Of a stretch of 64,000 nucleotides of DNA, positions 25,693 to 37,205 are shown piece by piece. Location: NCBI GenBank assembly GCA_049999805.1, contig JBNGIO010006283.1, positions 1 to 64,000 of the forward strand, read 5' to 3'. The position numbers and the translations under genes were made by a program. The first letter of the stretch is position 1, and every line of letters starts with the position of its first letter. The stretch comes from Folioceros fuciformis (taxonomy: Eukaryota). Under the pieces are notes generated by a model. The model had not been told where the DNA came from. It saw nothing but the letters and a program-made list of their open reading frames with translations, and searched no databases.

Positions 25693-27716
25693 TCATTGTT
25701 GCAGGAGAGCCATGAGCTCCGCCTTCTTCAGCTTTGAGTAGCCCTTGAGACCTCGGGACTTGGCAAACCCTCTCAGTTGCAGGAGTGTGTAGACAGAAAG
25801 ATCGGCATGAAGCTGGTCCCCTGGCTTCGCTGCCCTAGAATCTTGTACCTCCAATGCTCCTGTTTCAGGTTCCTGATTTACGGCCGCCTTGCGTTCTTCC
25901 ACGGCTTCTTTTGGATCAGAATTCCTTGCTGCTTCCTTTGCAGATTTCTTCGGTGATCTCCGGGCACGAGCAGGAGCAGTAGGGGGTTGGACTTCTTCTA
26001 ACTTCACCTCTTGCACAGGAGTCTTGGCTGGAAGACGACGTGGAATCGGAGATCTCCGGAAGAAAGCGGATTTAGGTCGAACAGGAGGCAGAGGAGACGG
26101 CTCCACGACCTCCTCCGTCTTTGCTGGCTCAACATTCGACTTGCGGCCGCTCCTGCTTTTGTTTCCCTTGCTACTGTTGCTGCTGTCCTTGGTCCTGCTG
26201 CTGCTTCCCGTGTTACTACCGCTGCTACCTCCCCTAATACCCTTTGCACTACTACTACCTCCCTTGCTACTGCTACTTCCGTGGTTAGTGTCCTCCCGGA
26301 CAAGCCCTTGGACAGGCTCCCCTACACCTGCAGTCTCCAACGTGCTCTGCTCTCTGCTCTTCTCCACCGTGCCCTCTGCAACCGTGCTCCCAAGATCCGC
26401 CCTCTCCACAACCTTGCTTTCTACCACGTTCCTCTCAACCGCGGTAATCTCCACCAAGCTCCACTCTTGAGCAGCCGGATCCTGCAATGACTTCTTCCGA
26501 GCTTGGGAACGAATTGGAGACTGGCGGACAAACTTGGAAGCAGGTCTTGACGAGGAGGGAGCAGCTCCAGCAGCATCTGGAATAGCAACAGCAGCATCTG
26601 GCGCCGGAGGATGATCAGCAGCTGGAAACTGGGCAGCTATGATGGGAGATTCAGCAATAGCAGGGGCGGATGCTCCCATGCCAGACTTGGACGCCGCCTC
26701 TGCCTTGTTGGAGGCGCCTTTCCTGGACGCCTCAGCAGCCTTAAGAACCCTGGTGTCGGAATTGTGCTCTCTTGCCACACCATTCACTACCAGCAAAGGA
26801 GGAGGAGGAGAAGGAGCTGGAGGGGGAAGAATGGGCAGAGATGCGTTGAGCTGCTCCTCCACATCATCGTCTACGACTACTGGCTCAGGAAGAGACACAG
26901 GGCAGCGTGGCCAGGGGGTGAGATTGGGAATAGGAGACCGCTTCACGAAGGCGGACTTAGGACGAACAGGCACACCCGGGTCCTTCCGCCACACTACCCT
27001 TCTCACCTCCTGTTTGTCCACCTTCTCTTGCTGCTGCACCCGTACCTGCTCCTGCTCCTGTTTCTCCTTCCCTTTTCCTTTTCCCCTGCCAGCCCGCGCG
27101 GGAATCGGCGAATGCTTCCTGAACCGAGACGGAAGTCTCTGCGGCAGATGGACTGGCGCAGGATTGAGCCCATGCTGAGCCCTGGATGAAGCCAGGTCGT
27201 CCACCCTCTTGCTGGGCTGCGGAGGCGGCGGTGATGCTCCTGCTCCGAACGCGTAGTGGAAGCTCCCATCTGCAAGCTCTGCCAGCCCCACTAGCTGCAT
27301 CAAAAAGATGGTACCTCAGTGACAAGCACCCTCTCCCCACCTCTGTCGCGATTGCGATAGCCGTAGCCAATTTCATTTTCATGTTCATCCAGTTTCCATT
27401 GCCATTGCACTCGCCACTGTCAAACAATTCTCACACACACAATGCAGCGAGGAGCAATCGAGGTGATAGTACCTCTCACAGAAGTGATGACAACATCATC
27501 GTCGCCCACGGCCAGTAAGGGGGCCACCTTCCGCTGGGCCCTGACGCTAGGGCAGGCGCCCCCCCCGCCATGTCGCCTGCTCAGGCTGAAGTCTGCTTGC
27601 TGATTAAGCTGCTGGAGTTGGCAGCAGTTGGAACTTAAGCTGGAGCTGGAGCTCGGTGGCATCCTCGATAGCTGCAGCTTGCCGGCCAGCAGCGTCATGC
27701 CACCGCCCAGCCCCAT
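25693..27716 (-). CDS. Rho termination factor N-terminal domain protein (RHON1-like), probably plastid-targeted
   Basis: Exons 27716-27473 and 27278-25693 join in frame (609 aa; junction VVITSVR-E-LADGSFHYAFG). The C-terminus LLQLRGFAKSRGLKGYSKLKKAELMALL is a Rho_N domain. The N-terminus is Ser-rich and transit-like. Confidence 0.82.
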
Positions 27717-28277
27717 CGAGGCCTACAACATCGATCACGGAGCTACAGCCGCCACCCCTCTTGCTTCTTCTGTAAACCTGCGAGTGCGCCAAATATCCGC
27801 AATTCGCAGCGCGCCGGCGCTACCCGGACCTCGCGCTCCACGCTGCTAGCAGATCAGGTGCGTTAACCGGCATTTCATGACACTGAAGGACGAGACGTGC
27901 TAACGGCGTGCCGGTTGCTGTGCAGCCCGTCTGCACCCACGAAACACGTTGCCAAGGACCAACAACGTCCCTTCCATGTATTTTTCACATATCTTCACCC
28001 TCAGGTGGGCTCGTCAACACGTCAGATGTCTAAGGTGGACCTCATGAGATCCAGGGCCTGGTGGACCCTCCATCGCTCATGATCGTAAGTCGCTTTCTTG
28101 CTGCATAAGCTCTCGACACAAGAAAACACTTGGGGCATGGGATTGAGAACGGTTGCATCTCGCAAGCGTAACATAGCCACAGCATCTCAGCAGGTTGGTT
28201 GCGTGCACATCCTGGGCTGGGTTGAGCTGAGCTCAACGAGGCCGATGGTTTCGTGTGGGAAGAGCGGCCCTGGAGGG

Positions 28278-30494
28278 TCATCTTTGGTGGAGCCTCCTCC
28301 TGGTGTACACTCTCCCGTCTTGCTGCTTCACCTCCAAGTGGTCATCGGTGACGAGCACATGGAAGAAAGACGCCACACCAGCAGCCTCCCTGTCCTTCTG
28401 GAGCCTCAACACGGCGTCGCCATCACCGCTCTCCACATACCCAGATAGAAGGATGTCGTAAGTGATTTCATTAGGCTGAAGCCCGCTCTCCATCATTTCT
28501 CTGTACAGCTGCCCCGCCTCGTCCAACCTGCCCACCTTGGCAAAACTGTGGACGAGTGTGTTGTACGTGGCAACGTCAGGCTGGACGCGCAGGTTCTGCA
28601 TTATCCTCAGCAGTTCCAGAGCTGTGTCCAGCCTGCCGGTCTTCCCGAACCCATCAATCAGGACTGTGTAAGTGTGAGTATCCAGGCTGATCTTACTTGC
28701 CTTCATCAGCTCTATCAGTGCAAAGGCGGAGTCGAAGTCGCCCACCCTTACGCATCCATCGAGCAACCTGTTGTATGACAGTGCAGTGGGCATATAGCCG
28801 TTGTCCTGCATCTCTCTGAAGAAGGCGCATGCAGTGTCCATGTCCCCTTCCTTGGCATGGGCGTCGATCAGTATGTTGAAAGTCCAGGCATCCGGCTTCA
28901 CACCTCGCTTCTTCATCTCACCCAGCAGGCTGCCCACCTGTGCCAGATTCGAAGAACAACCTCTCCTCGCAACGCAGTGCATGACACTGTTGTAGGTGAC
29001 CACGTTAGGCCGATGCCCCTCCTCCTTCATCTTTTCAAAATACGAGGAAGCTTCCTGTGCTCTGCCTGCCTTGCCAAACCCGTCGATCAAGATGTTGAAC
29101 GTCCAAGCGTCCGACCGGATCCCCTGGACTTCCATCTCCCGGAACACCTGCTCGGCCCGATCCACAGCTCCCGCCTTGCACAAGTGGGTCAAGAGGCTGT
29201 TACACAGAGTGCTGTCCCTGCTCACACACCGACTGTTTGCCTCGGTATAATATTCCACTGCCTCATCCAGCCTCCCTGCCTTCCCGAGGGCGTTGATCAC
29301 TAGAGAGTAAGAAATATGATCAGGGGGACAGGAATCTTCACTCTCCATCTTCCTGAAGAGCTCACAAGCTTCGTCCACCCTCCCAGCCGTTCCGAGAGCG
29401 TTGAGCAGACCGTAGTAAGTAGTTGCATTCCGTTTGTGCCCTTGCACAGCCATCTCTCTGAACAGTGTCAAGGCAGTGTCCACATCGCCAGCCCTGCCAA
29501 AAGAGTTGATGAGCACGCTGTATGTGACATCCAGCAGCTTGCATCCGGAGGCCCAGAATTCCTCCAACACATCCCTGCTCTCCTCAAGCCTCCCTGCGCC
29601 GGTCAGAGTGAGGAGCATAAACCCATAAGTCCGAGCGTCAGGCACCAGCCCCCGGTCCTTCAGCTCCTGGAACAGATCCACTGCGATGTCCGGGTTGCGG
29701 GCTCGGCAGAAGGCTCGTAGCAGGCAGTTATAGGAAAACAGGTCCAGCCGAGGGATGTCATGGCGCATCCTCTCCACCACCCTGCCCAGATCATCCAACC
29801 GTTGGTGCTTGACCAGCAAATTCACCAAGCAGGTGTAGGTGACGAGGGACGGAGGGCAGCCGGCCTTGCCCATTTCCTCGAACGTTTTCATCATGTCCGC
29901 AACCTTGCCAGCTCGGCCGTAGCTCTTCAACAGGTTGGTGTACACGAAGACGGTGACCTGAGCTCCGTCCTCTCGCATCTGCTTCAGGGTCTTCTCCACC
30001 TCGTCGAAGGCCTTCGCCGCCCCCAGCACGTCGATCAAGACCGCATAGCACACGGAATTGGGCACGAATCCGCCGTGCTTCCTGGCCCATCGGAAGAATC
30101 CAGACACTACGCTCGCATCTCTCTCGCGCACGCCCTTCAATACCTCCGCCACATGGTAGGGCTTGAGCGTGAGTCGGCCCAGTCTCCCCAGCGATTCCTG
30201 CATTCCCCTGCTCCATCTTCCCGACCTCAAAATCCTGATCAAGTGCCCGGTCACCTCGCTGTCCAGCCTGCGTAGCGGCAGAGAGGCCCATTTCACCAGC
30301 CCTTCTTCCTGCTCCTGTCCCTGTTTCTTCTCTTCCTTCTGCTCTTCAGATTCCACCCCCTCAGCAATCTTGTGCTGTACTACCTCTTGCCCATCGCCCA
30401 CCCTATCCACAGCTGCGCTACACAAGGGCGATACACTAAAACTGCTGAAGGCTGAAGGGATAGACCTCGAAACCAGCCATCGCCCGTAGGTCAT
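28278..30494 (-). CDS. P-class pentatricopeptide repeat protein
   Basis: Intronless ORF with about 15 tandem 35-aa P motifs (e.g. TFNILIDGFGKAGR, TYNTLVHSFAKVGRLDEA). The first in-frame ATG is at 30494; the ORF-track start at 30575 is TTG. Confidence 0.93.
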   Translation of the reverse strand: MTYGRWLVSRSIPSAFSSFSVSPLCSAAVDRVGDGQEVVQHKIAEGVESEEQKEEKKQGQEQEEGLVKWASLPLRRLDSEVTGHLIRILRSGRWSRGMQESLGRLGRLTLKPYHVAEVLKGVRERDASVVSGFFRWARKHGGFVPNSVCYAVLIDVLGAAKAFDEVEKTLKQMREDGAQVTVFVYTNLLKSYGRAGKVADMMKTFEEMGKAGCPPSLVTYTCLVNLLVKHQRLDDLGRVVERMRHDIPRLDLFSYNCLLRAFCRARNPDIAVDLFQELKDRGLVPDARTYGFMLLTLTGAGRLEESRDVLEEFWASGCKLLDVTYSVLINSFGRAGDVDTALTLFREMAVQGHKRNATTYYGLLNALGTAGRVDEACELFRKMESEDSCPPDHISYSLVINALGKAGRLDEAVEYYTEANSRCVSRDSTLCNSLLTHLCKAGAVDRAEQVFREMEVQGIRSDAWTFNILIDGFGKAGRAQEASSYFEKMKEEGHRPNVVTYNSVMHCVARRGCSSNLAQVGSLLGEMKKRGVKPDAWTFNILIDAHAKEGDMDTACAFFREMQDNGYMPTALSYNRLLDGCVRVGDFDSAFALIELMKASKISLDTHTYTVLIDGFGKTGRLDTALELLRIMQNLRVQPDVATYNTLVHSFAKVGRLDEAGQLYREMMESGLQPNEITYDILLSGYVESGDGDAVLRLQKDREAAGVASFFHVLVTDDHLEVKQQDGRVYTRRRLHQR

Positions 30495-30791
30495 CGGCGC
30501 TCGAAGAATAGGCAACGGTCCCGAGGTAACATCTGCCCGTAATATTTCGCCAGTATACTGAACGAAAACTACCAAATGACGAGGCGGCCATGGTCCGAGC
30601 GGGATCGAGCTCCACCATGTGACAAACTACACTTCATCAGGATGGAGGGTGGAGACGGAGAGAGCAAGTTTCGTGTGAGTCAGCCCCCGAGTAATTCAGG
30701 TATTCAATTGAAGTACAGTAGGTGAAGGAAAGAAAGCTGCAAAGAATGTTCTAAGCAGCCAAATAATATCTTCGCTCTTGTTCACGAAGAG

Positions 30792-32719
30792 TCATCCTAC
30801 AACGTAACCTTTCTGGATCGTCCAGATATGAAACCCATACAGAAGCCTAATCAGGAGTAACTCAAACAGCATGTGAATTATGCTCCATACTTTCACCTTC
30901 GAGCCTGGAATCTCGGTCCAGTTCACGGCAACCTCTTTCATGGTAATGTGCAATTGCTTGCACAGATACACGATTTCCACATCAAAACACCACCTGGCAC
31001 GACGGTGGTGGCATGATCAATCTAGAGTAAGAGGTGCAGTCATATCGACCAGATAATGAACTGTGTTACCTTCTGAGCCGAAGATTGATGAATATGACCC
31101 GGGCAACAGAGCGTGTGAAAAGTTTGAAGCCGCACTGTAGGGTGGTAGTGAAGATGAGGAAAGGTTGAAACAGTAAGCCAACGAGCACATGGCTGCAGGA
31201 GACGAAGACAAGCGGCCGTTCAACCCACTGCTGGATATGCACGACAAGTACTTGCCTGGGTATCTCGTACTCCAGAACCAGCAACCAGCAGGACACATAT
31301 ATGAAACCCTTTCATCAAGACGTTCCTATACCACTTACGCTGCAATAACACGGAGCTACAGATCAGCACTCCTGTTAGGAGTTTTGGCAGTTGCACAGCA
31401 GAAAAGCAGTGCCTGAAAGATGCATCCACATTGACTACGTACGCTGGCCAACGCTTGCTTCTCAAGGTGAGCTCGGGAACCAAAAACGACAATGGGCACA
31501 TCCTGGAGCTTTGCAGTCGCCGTCTTGCTGTCAAGTGGATATAGCTCAGCATACTCTTTCTTTATCTGCTTGATATTCACAACGATGCCCACAAAGCTCA
31601 GTCTTCAAAGATGGTAATTAGATATGAACTTCGAAGTAGGCAAGGCCTGGCCAATGCAGCGAATCTTATTAGTAGGCAAAAGGAATTACACCAGAAGCAG
31701 CCTTTGGCAACGCAACCCTAGTCTGCCTACCTGTCCCTCAAGCTTGTCCAAATCCGTTATCTGCGTTGCTCCATCGGCATCCAACATGAGAAGAAGCTCA
31801 CCTCGTGAGCATAGCATACCCTAACAAACCCCGAAATAACAAGTGAGGTCGTATGCTGGCACAGTAGAAGGCATTACATCCAGATGGAGCTTGCCAAGCT
31901 AAGCAGTACCAATCTTACAGCCGCCCCTTTCCCAAAATTTGCACCCTGCTTTATAACCCGCACAACATCCAACCCATGTTTCTTGCTGTACTCAAGAGCA
32001 ACCTTCACAGTGTTGTCTTTGCTGCCATCATCAATAACCAAGATCTTCAACCAGCAAAGAGACAGGTCAGCAAATTCCAAATTATATCAAACGCAACCAA
32101 CCCGGCAACAATCAAAGGTCGTTCACTGCAGAGGCTGCTACACCTGCTGAAGACCATGGTCCATACAGGTCTAGAGTGATGAGCTTCTAGCGTACCTCAT
32201 AGGTGAAAGAACTGTCCTTGCGAGCTCGATTTTGAAGGTACCTGCAGTGTGCACATGAAGAAGTTTCGTGAGCCAAGAGTCGGACATAGGTGACTCAGAT
32301 CCTGCATTTCAAAAACATATCAACCGATGAAAAACCTCAGTCAGTGTTGTTAAGTGAGTGAAAACCTCAAGGTTTCATCAAGAACCGCAGGCAATCTGGC
32401 TTCCTCGTTGTAGGAGGGCATTATAAGCGAAATATATTTGGACGATTCTTCAAACACCGATGGAGCTCGCACCTACACTCACATGTCTCGATTTCAGCAC
32501 ACGCAACCATGTGAAGGCGGTTCCATACAGTCGCAAGCTGCAAAATGGTACCTTGTCTACCTGCTCCAAAGAGATTGGGTTTTCCAGGAAAGGCATAGTC
32601 CCCACACTGCTCCGGACGTGATCCAGCTTTCGATACTTGACTCCAGATCCTTCAGACGCCTCCGTAGCCAACGAACCCGTCCCCTCGCCCTGGCTCTTGA
32701 GTACCTTGCGCTGTGACAT
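30792..32719 (-). CDS. ALG5: Dolichyl-phosphate beta-glucosyltransferase
   Basis: Multi-exon GT2-family gene: ISLIMPSYNEEARL, VIDDGSKDNT, NFGKGAAVR, GELLLMLDADGAT, VFGSRAHL, RDTQCGFKLFTR, WCFDVE, VNWTEIPGSK. The start may be the in-frame ATG at 32878. Confidence 0.92.
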
Positions 32720-32882
32720 GGCGTCCGTGTAACGACCACACCCCGCAGCTGAGCCACTGTCACTACTCTGGGAATACTGTGGGCAGATTCGTGCTACACG
32801 GTCACCCACGCCAATCGCCCGCCTCTCCTGTGTGACCGTGGATGCGAGTGGCGATAGTGAAATTGCAAAATTGACCATGCTC

Positions 32883-32893
32883 AGGGTTTAGGG
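32883..32893 (-). promoter_or_regulatory. Telo-box-like motif upstream of ALG5
   Basis: CCCTAAACCCT on the minus strand, 4 nt before the ATG at 32878. Confidence 0.4.
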
Positions 32894-34731
32894 CTTAAAT
32901 CTTTCGTTTCCATGTTGGAGGAGGGAGGATCCCATCGGGACCTCGGATTTGCTGGGGATCTCTGCCTCTGTTGTTTCGCAGACTGCAGATACACAGATGA
33001 CGTTTTTGATTTTGGACACAGAGAATATTGCCACGTTCTTCCTTCAGTCCAACTGTAAATCCACCAGCCTTCCTTTGTCGTTGGTGGTCCCTCTGAACCC
33101 TACGCCTTCATCGGTTACTAGCGGGCATCGTCAAGTTCCTCCCCACCTTTCGCCGCATCTGCACCAATCGAGTACCTACCTACAGAACGCTGCTGTGGGT
33201 GGTTCAAAAGCCTATTCCTGTCACAGGCCCTCAACCTATACCATTAGCACAGACTGATCATCCTTTATTATGTATACTGTACGCTGCTCCGAACCCAGGT
33301 AAATGGAATCATCATCCAGGAGCGCGCACCTACCTGTGCTTCGTCGTGATCTTCTGTGGATCCGTTATTTCTGTTGCCCCACCGGCAGCAATCGCAAATA
33401 GAAGATCAGCAGGAAGGTTGAGTTTGCGTTTTGGTTCTTCAAGACCCTTCAAAACGACAATGGACGTTCGTGAGATTCATTTCGAATTGCCTACAACGAT
33501 ACCCAAGCCGACCTGACCTGTCCACGCCAAGTTCGAAACTCACAGGTGTTAACTTTTGAAGTGGACATTTGAATCGTCTGATTCACCAAAGTTTTCTCCA
33601 ACTCTTACTGTTGCTACAGATCTAACAGACTTCTCAGGCTCAGCTTTACCTTCTTCTTCCTCCAATCTCTTACCCAATGACCACACCAATTACAGTTGCT
33701 TCCAGACTTGGAGGTACAAGGACCAACATTATTCCGTGATTCTTGATGTGATCCGTTGTTTACCCCTTTGATTACTTTGTCCAAGCACCCTCTTAGATTA
33801 GGCTTACAAAACCTTGACTTGACAAGTGTTTGCTCTCCTCTTTCCGGAAGAGAGGAGTAATCACCTCGGCTAAGGAGATTGTGAAAGATCTTACTAGCAG
33901 CTACGGCTTGCTGGATATGAATCTTATGGGAGGATTCAAATCAAATTAGGAGGAAGATTGCTGAGCAATTGTGCAACAACATCAACCTAATCTATCTTGG
34001 CACCAAGCCAGGTAATTTGAATATGGAGATGTCTGAACTTCCTTCCTGGTGTGAGCAAGCATCCCATCCTCTCCTCACATTTTCAATCCATAAAAATCCT
34101 ATCTTATAGAACATAATGTAAGCACATTTTGCACTTGATCTGTACTAGATAACTCACTGACTTTATCTCTGTGTGAGATATCTCATGGCAAGCCGATGCA
34201 TAGCACACGCGCAAGGTGGGGAGAGGAAGTCTCACTGTAAGATTTGGGCCTCCCTCTGTCCCTTGGCATGTACAGGATGCAAGAATTTCAAAATACAAAT
34301 GTGGGCCCAAAGGCACAATCGCACTGAGGCGTCATGACTTTGTATCCCATATATCGCGCAGGGCTTTTGTAATTCTAAGTGGCTTCCTGATGCGCAAATC
34401 CGTTGCATGTCGCGAGCATCTGCGTTCTTGAAATGCAAAGGCTTCATCGCGATTCAAACAATTGTGGCATCCGAGAAGCCTGGGAACGATGGCGGGAGGA
34501 GCCACAAGTTTGGAACGGCCGTGCCTGGGTCGTAGTCTGAAACTTCTGGCCAGCATGGAATTGGGGCAACAATGATACAGGTGTGAACCATGCAACCAAG
34601 CGAGGTGGGCAAATAACAGGAGGAATGTTGCGCATGGTATCTGCGAAGATGCGCCCATGTGTCGGGCCACGACATCCTTGAGGAGCACGTAGCGACGCCC
34701 GAGGAGGTGCATTGCAGCCTTTGTAGCAGCC

Positions 34732-37074
34732 ATGCACTCCCTGGCAGTGCTGCCTCGACCCCTTTGCCAAATTTCTGTGGTGACCCATGACTGCCATGGT
34801 TCACCAATGCTGCGTCTCCCAAGTCTGTCAAATTCGCTGGCCACCCATGTTCTGACAGTCTTAACGGGCAGGGCCAAAGTGGGGGTATCAGGGAATCGAT
34901 GGGCAGCTGCAGTAGCATGTAGCCGAGGTGATGTGGGCGGGGGCGGGGCCTCCTTACAGCTGGGACGATGGCAATGTGGGTGTGTAGCACGCCGAGTTGT
35001 GACCTGCCAAGCTGCTCCTGTGGCAGCTGTTGGAGAGGGAGGCCGTCTACATGAGCACCTGATGATTGTCTCTGATCTCGACTTGACCATGGTGGGGGCC
35101 GGATCGTCACATGCTGCTACTAGTCGACTGTAGTGGTGCACTGTTATTTTCTTCTTCCGCTGTGCCATCTGGTGTTGTGGGTTTGAAGTAGGGCTGGTTT
35201 GTGACAGGTTGATCACAAGGAACCATCTCACTCAGCATTGTTGCAATTCAACTCTCTGTGGGCAGCAGAATATGCCCATAATTCGCTCTTGGTTTACTCC
35301 ACAGGCCGCTCTCCTGAGAAATATACGGAGTTGAGGGGGCAAGTTCCGCTTTTAACTCCAGCCATCGCCATCCTTTCTGTGGGCACTGAGATTCGATATG
35401 GCCCCTCCCTAATACCCGATCACGGCTGGGAGAAGTATCTGAATGATGGGTGGGATCGGGCTGTGGTTGTGGAGGAAGCCAAGAAGTTTTCCACTCTCCA
35501 ATTTCAGGTTCCCAGTCGTGCATGCTTCTTGTGTGTGTTGAAGGGTTCATGGAGTCGCATCTCGTCTTGCCTACATTTGTCTGCTGTCTACAAGGGTTGG
35601 TCGCTTCTTTGTGGAGCAGGAGGATTCTGAGCAAAGGCCTCACAAAGTAAGTTTCAAAGTCGAGAAGAAAGATGCACAAGGGATTAAAAGCAAACTAGAG
35701 GGAGCTCTGAAGAACAGAGGGGTACAGCACGCCACTTTGTTGCTTGGCAAGCGGAGCTGGAATTGTGATGTGGCACCTTGCATAGCAGAAATTATCGTGG
35801 AGAGAAATTGGCATGTTAAGCAGGTGATTCTTACGGTTCCTGCTACAATTTACTGATGTCCGTGCTGCTGCATCCAGTTGAAAGTGAAGCTCATCTACAG
35901 TGGAGGAATCGATCTAGATGTCCTTCCACAAGGAGCTGGGAAGGGGGAAGCTCTTTCGTATCTCCTGAAGAAGCAGAGAACGGAAGGATGGGCAACAAGT
36001 AAGACACTAGTCTGTGGAGACTCGGGCAATGACATAGAGCTTTTCACTGTCCAAGGAGTCAATGGTGTCATTGTGAGTTGCCAGCCATCCCCCTCTCCAC
36101 ATATCATGAGCGAAAAAAAACACCATGTCTCGTGCAATGCAATGCGAAATTCATGTCAATCCACGTAGTTGAGCTGGCAAGATTATGAACTCTGATGGTT
36201 ACCTTCTCTCAGGTTGGTAATGCGATGGAGGAGCTCGTGCACTGGTACAAAACTCATGGATCTAAAGCGTCGGTACACCATGCCACCAGGAGGTGTGCTG
36301 GTGGTATCATGGAAGCACTGGGTCATTTCAATCTAGGTGCCCATGTGTCGCCCCGAGAAAGACTGGGAGCCGTTGGCTTCAGTCCCCCTGTTCCTACTAC
36401 CTCCGGTGGAGCGGTGCAGAGGGAAGTAGTGGAGGGCACCATTTTTGTCGAGAAGTGGCTTCGTGGAGAACTGGACTCTGCAGACTCCACGTTGCATCGG
36501 CTTATCGAAGTGACTGTACGTTGGGGAATGCAAAATTCCTTCATGTCGGTTTACGCTTCATTCGATGGCTGACATCTGACAAGAAGGACTGTTTCTTATC
36601 GCAGTCACAGAGCGCGAACTGGGTGAGTCCCTGGGGATCGGAGCACTCTTTCCTAGACTCGATCAGCTTTGCTCGACTCAAACACGGAGCCATGAAGGAA
36701 CTTGTGACGTGGGTAGACTGCATGCAGCAGCTGTCACTGGGCGATGGAGTCTTTCTTGTCACCTGGCGTTTGATGTTGGAAGCAACCAGAGGTGCGAGTT
36801 AACCAGACATCAGAAGAAAATAGGAGCCAGGGACTGAAAAGATCAAGTAGCCTAATAGGAATTTTGACATCTTTTTTTCAGGTGGAGTTCGTGAGGGATT
36901 GTTTGCGACTGCGCTTCTAAGAGCCAAGGTAAGGGTACACACTATATTTAACAGGTTCACAGACCCGCCAGATGCGGCATTACAGTCACTGAATTTGCTC
37001 ACACGCTCTTGCAGACTGGAACTCCAAACGCATTTGAGTGGGTCAGACTTCATACCTCTTTCATGAAGATGTAA
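34732..37074 (+). CDS. SPP: Sucrose-phosphate phosphatase (HAD family) with long N-terminal extension
   Basis: Multi-exon gene: [81 protein letters not shown], then an S6PP_C-like tail ending [13 protein letters not shown]. Confidence 0.93.
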
Positions 37075-37205
37075 CGAATACGCGCTCATGACACTTTACT
37101 GTCAACTAGCAGCACAACACTCTGAACGAGGCAACGCTGTTGTCCATCCAGAGCTAATGCCAAACTTTCTCTAATTACAAGTACCAAGTAAATTTCTGTC
37201 TTATT

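Noticed and set aside
33000..34700. Coding-like fragments between ALG5 and SPP, and the 299-aa antisense ORF 34332-35231
   Set aside because: The fragments are interrupted and unassignable, and the antisense ORF overlaps the GC-rich first exon of SPP.
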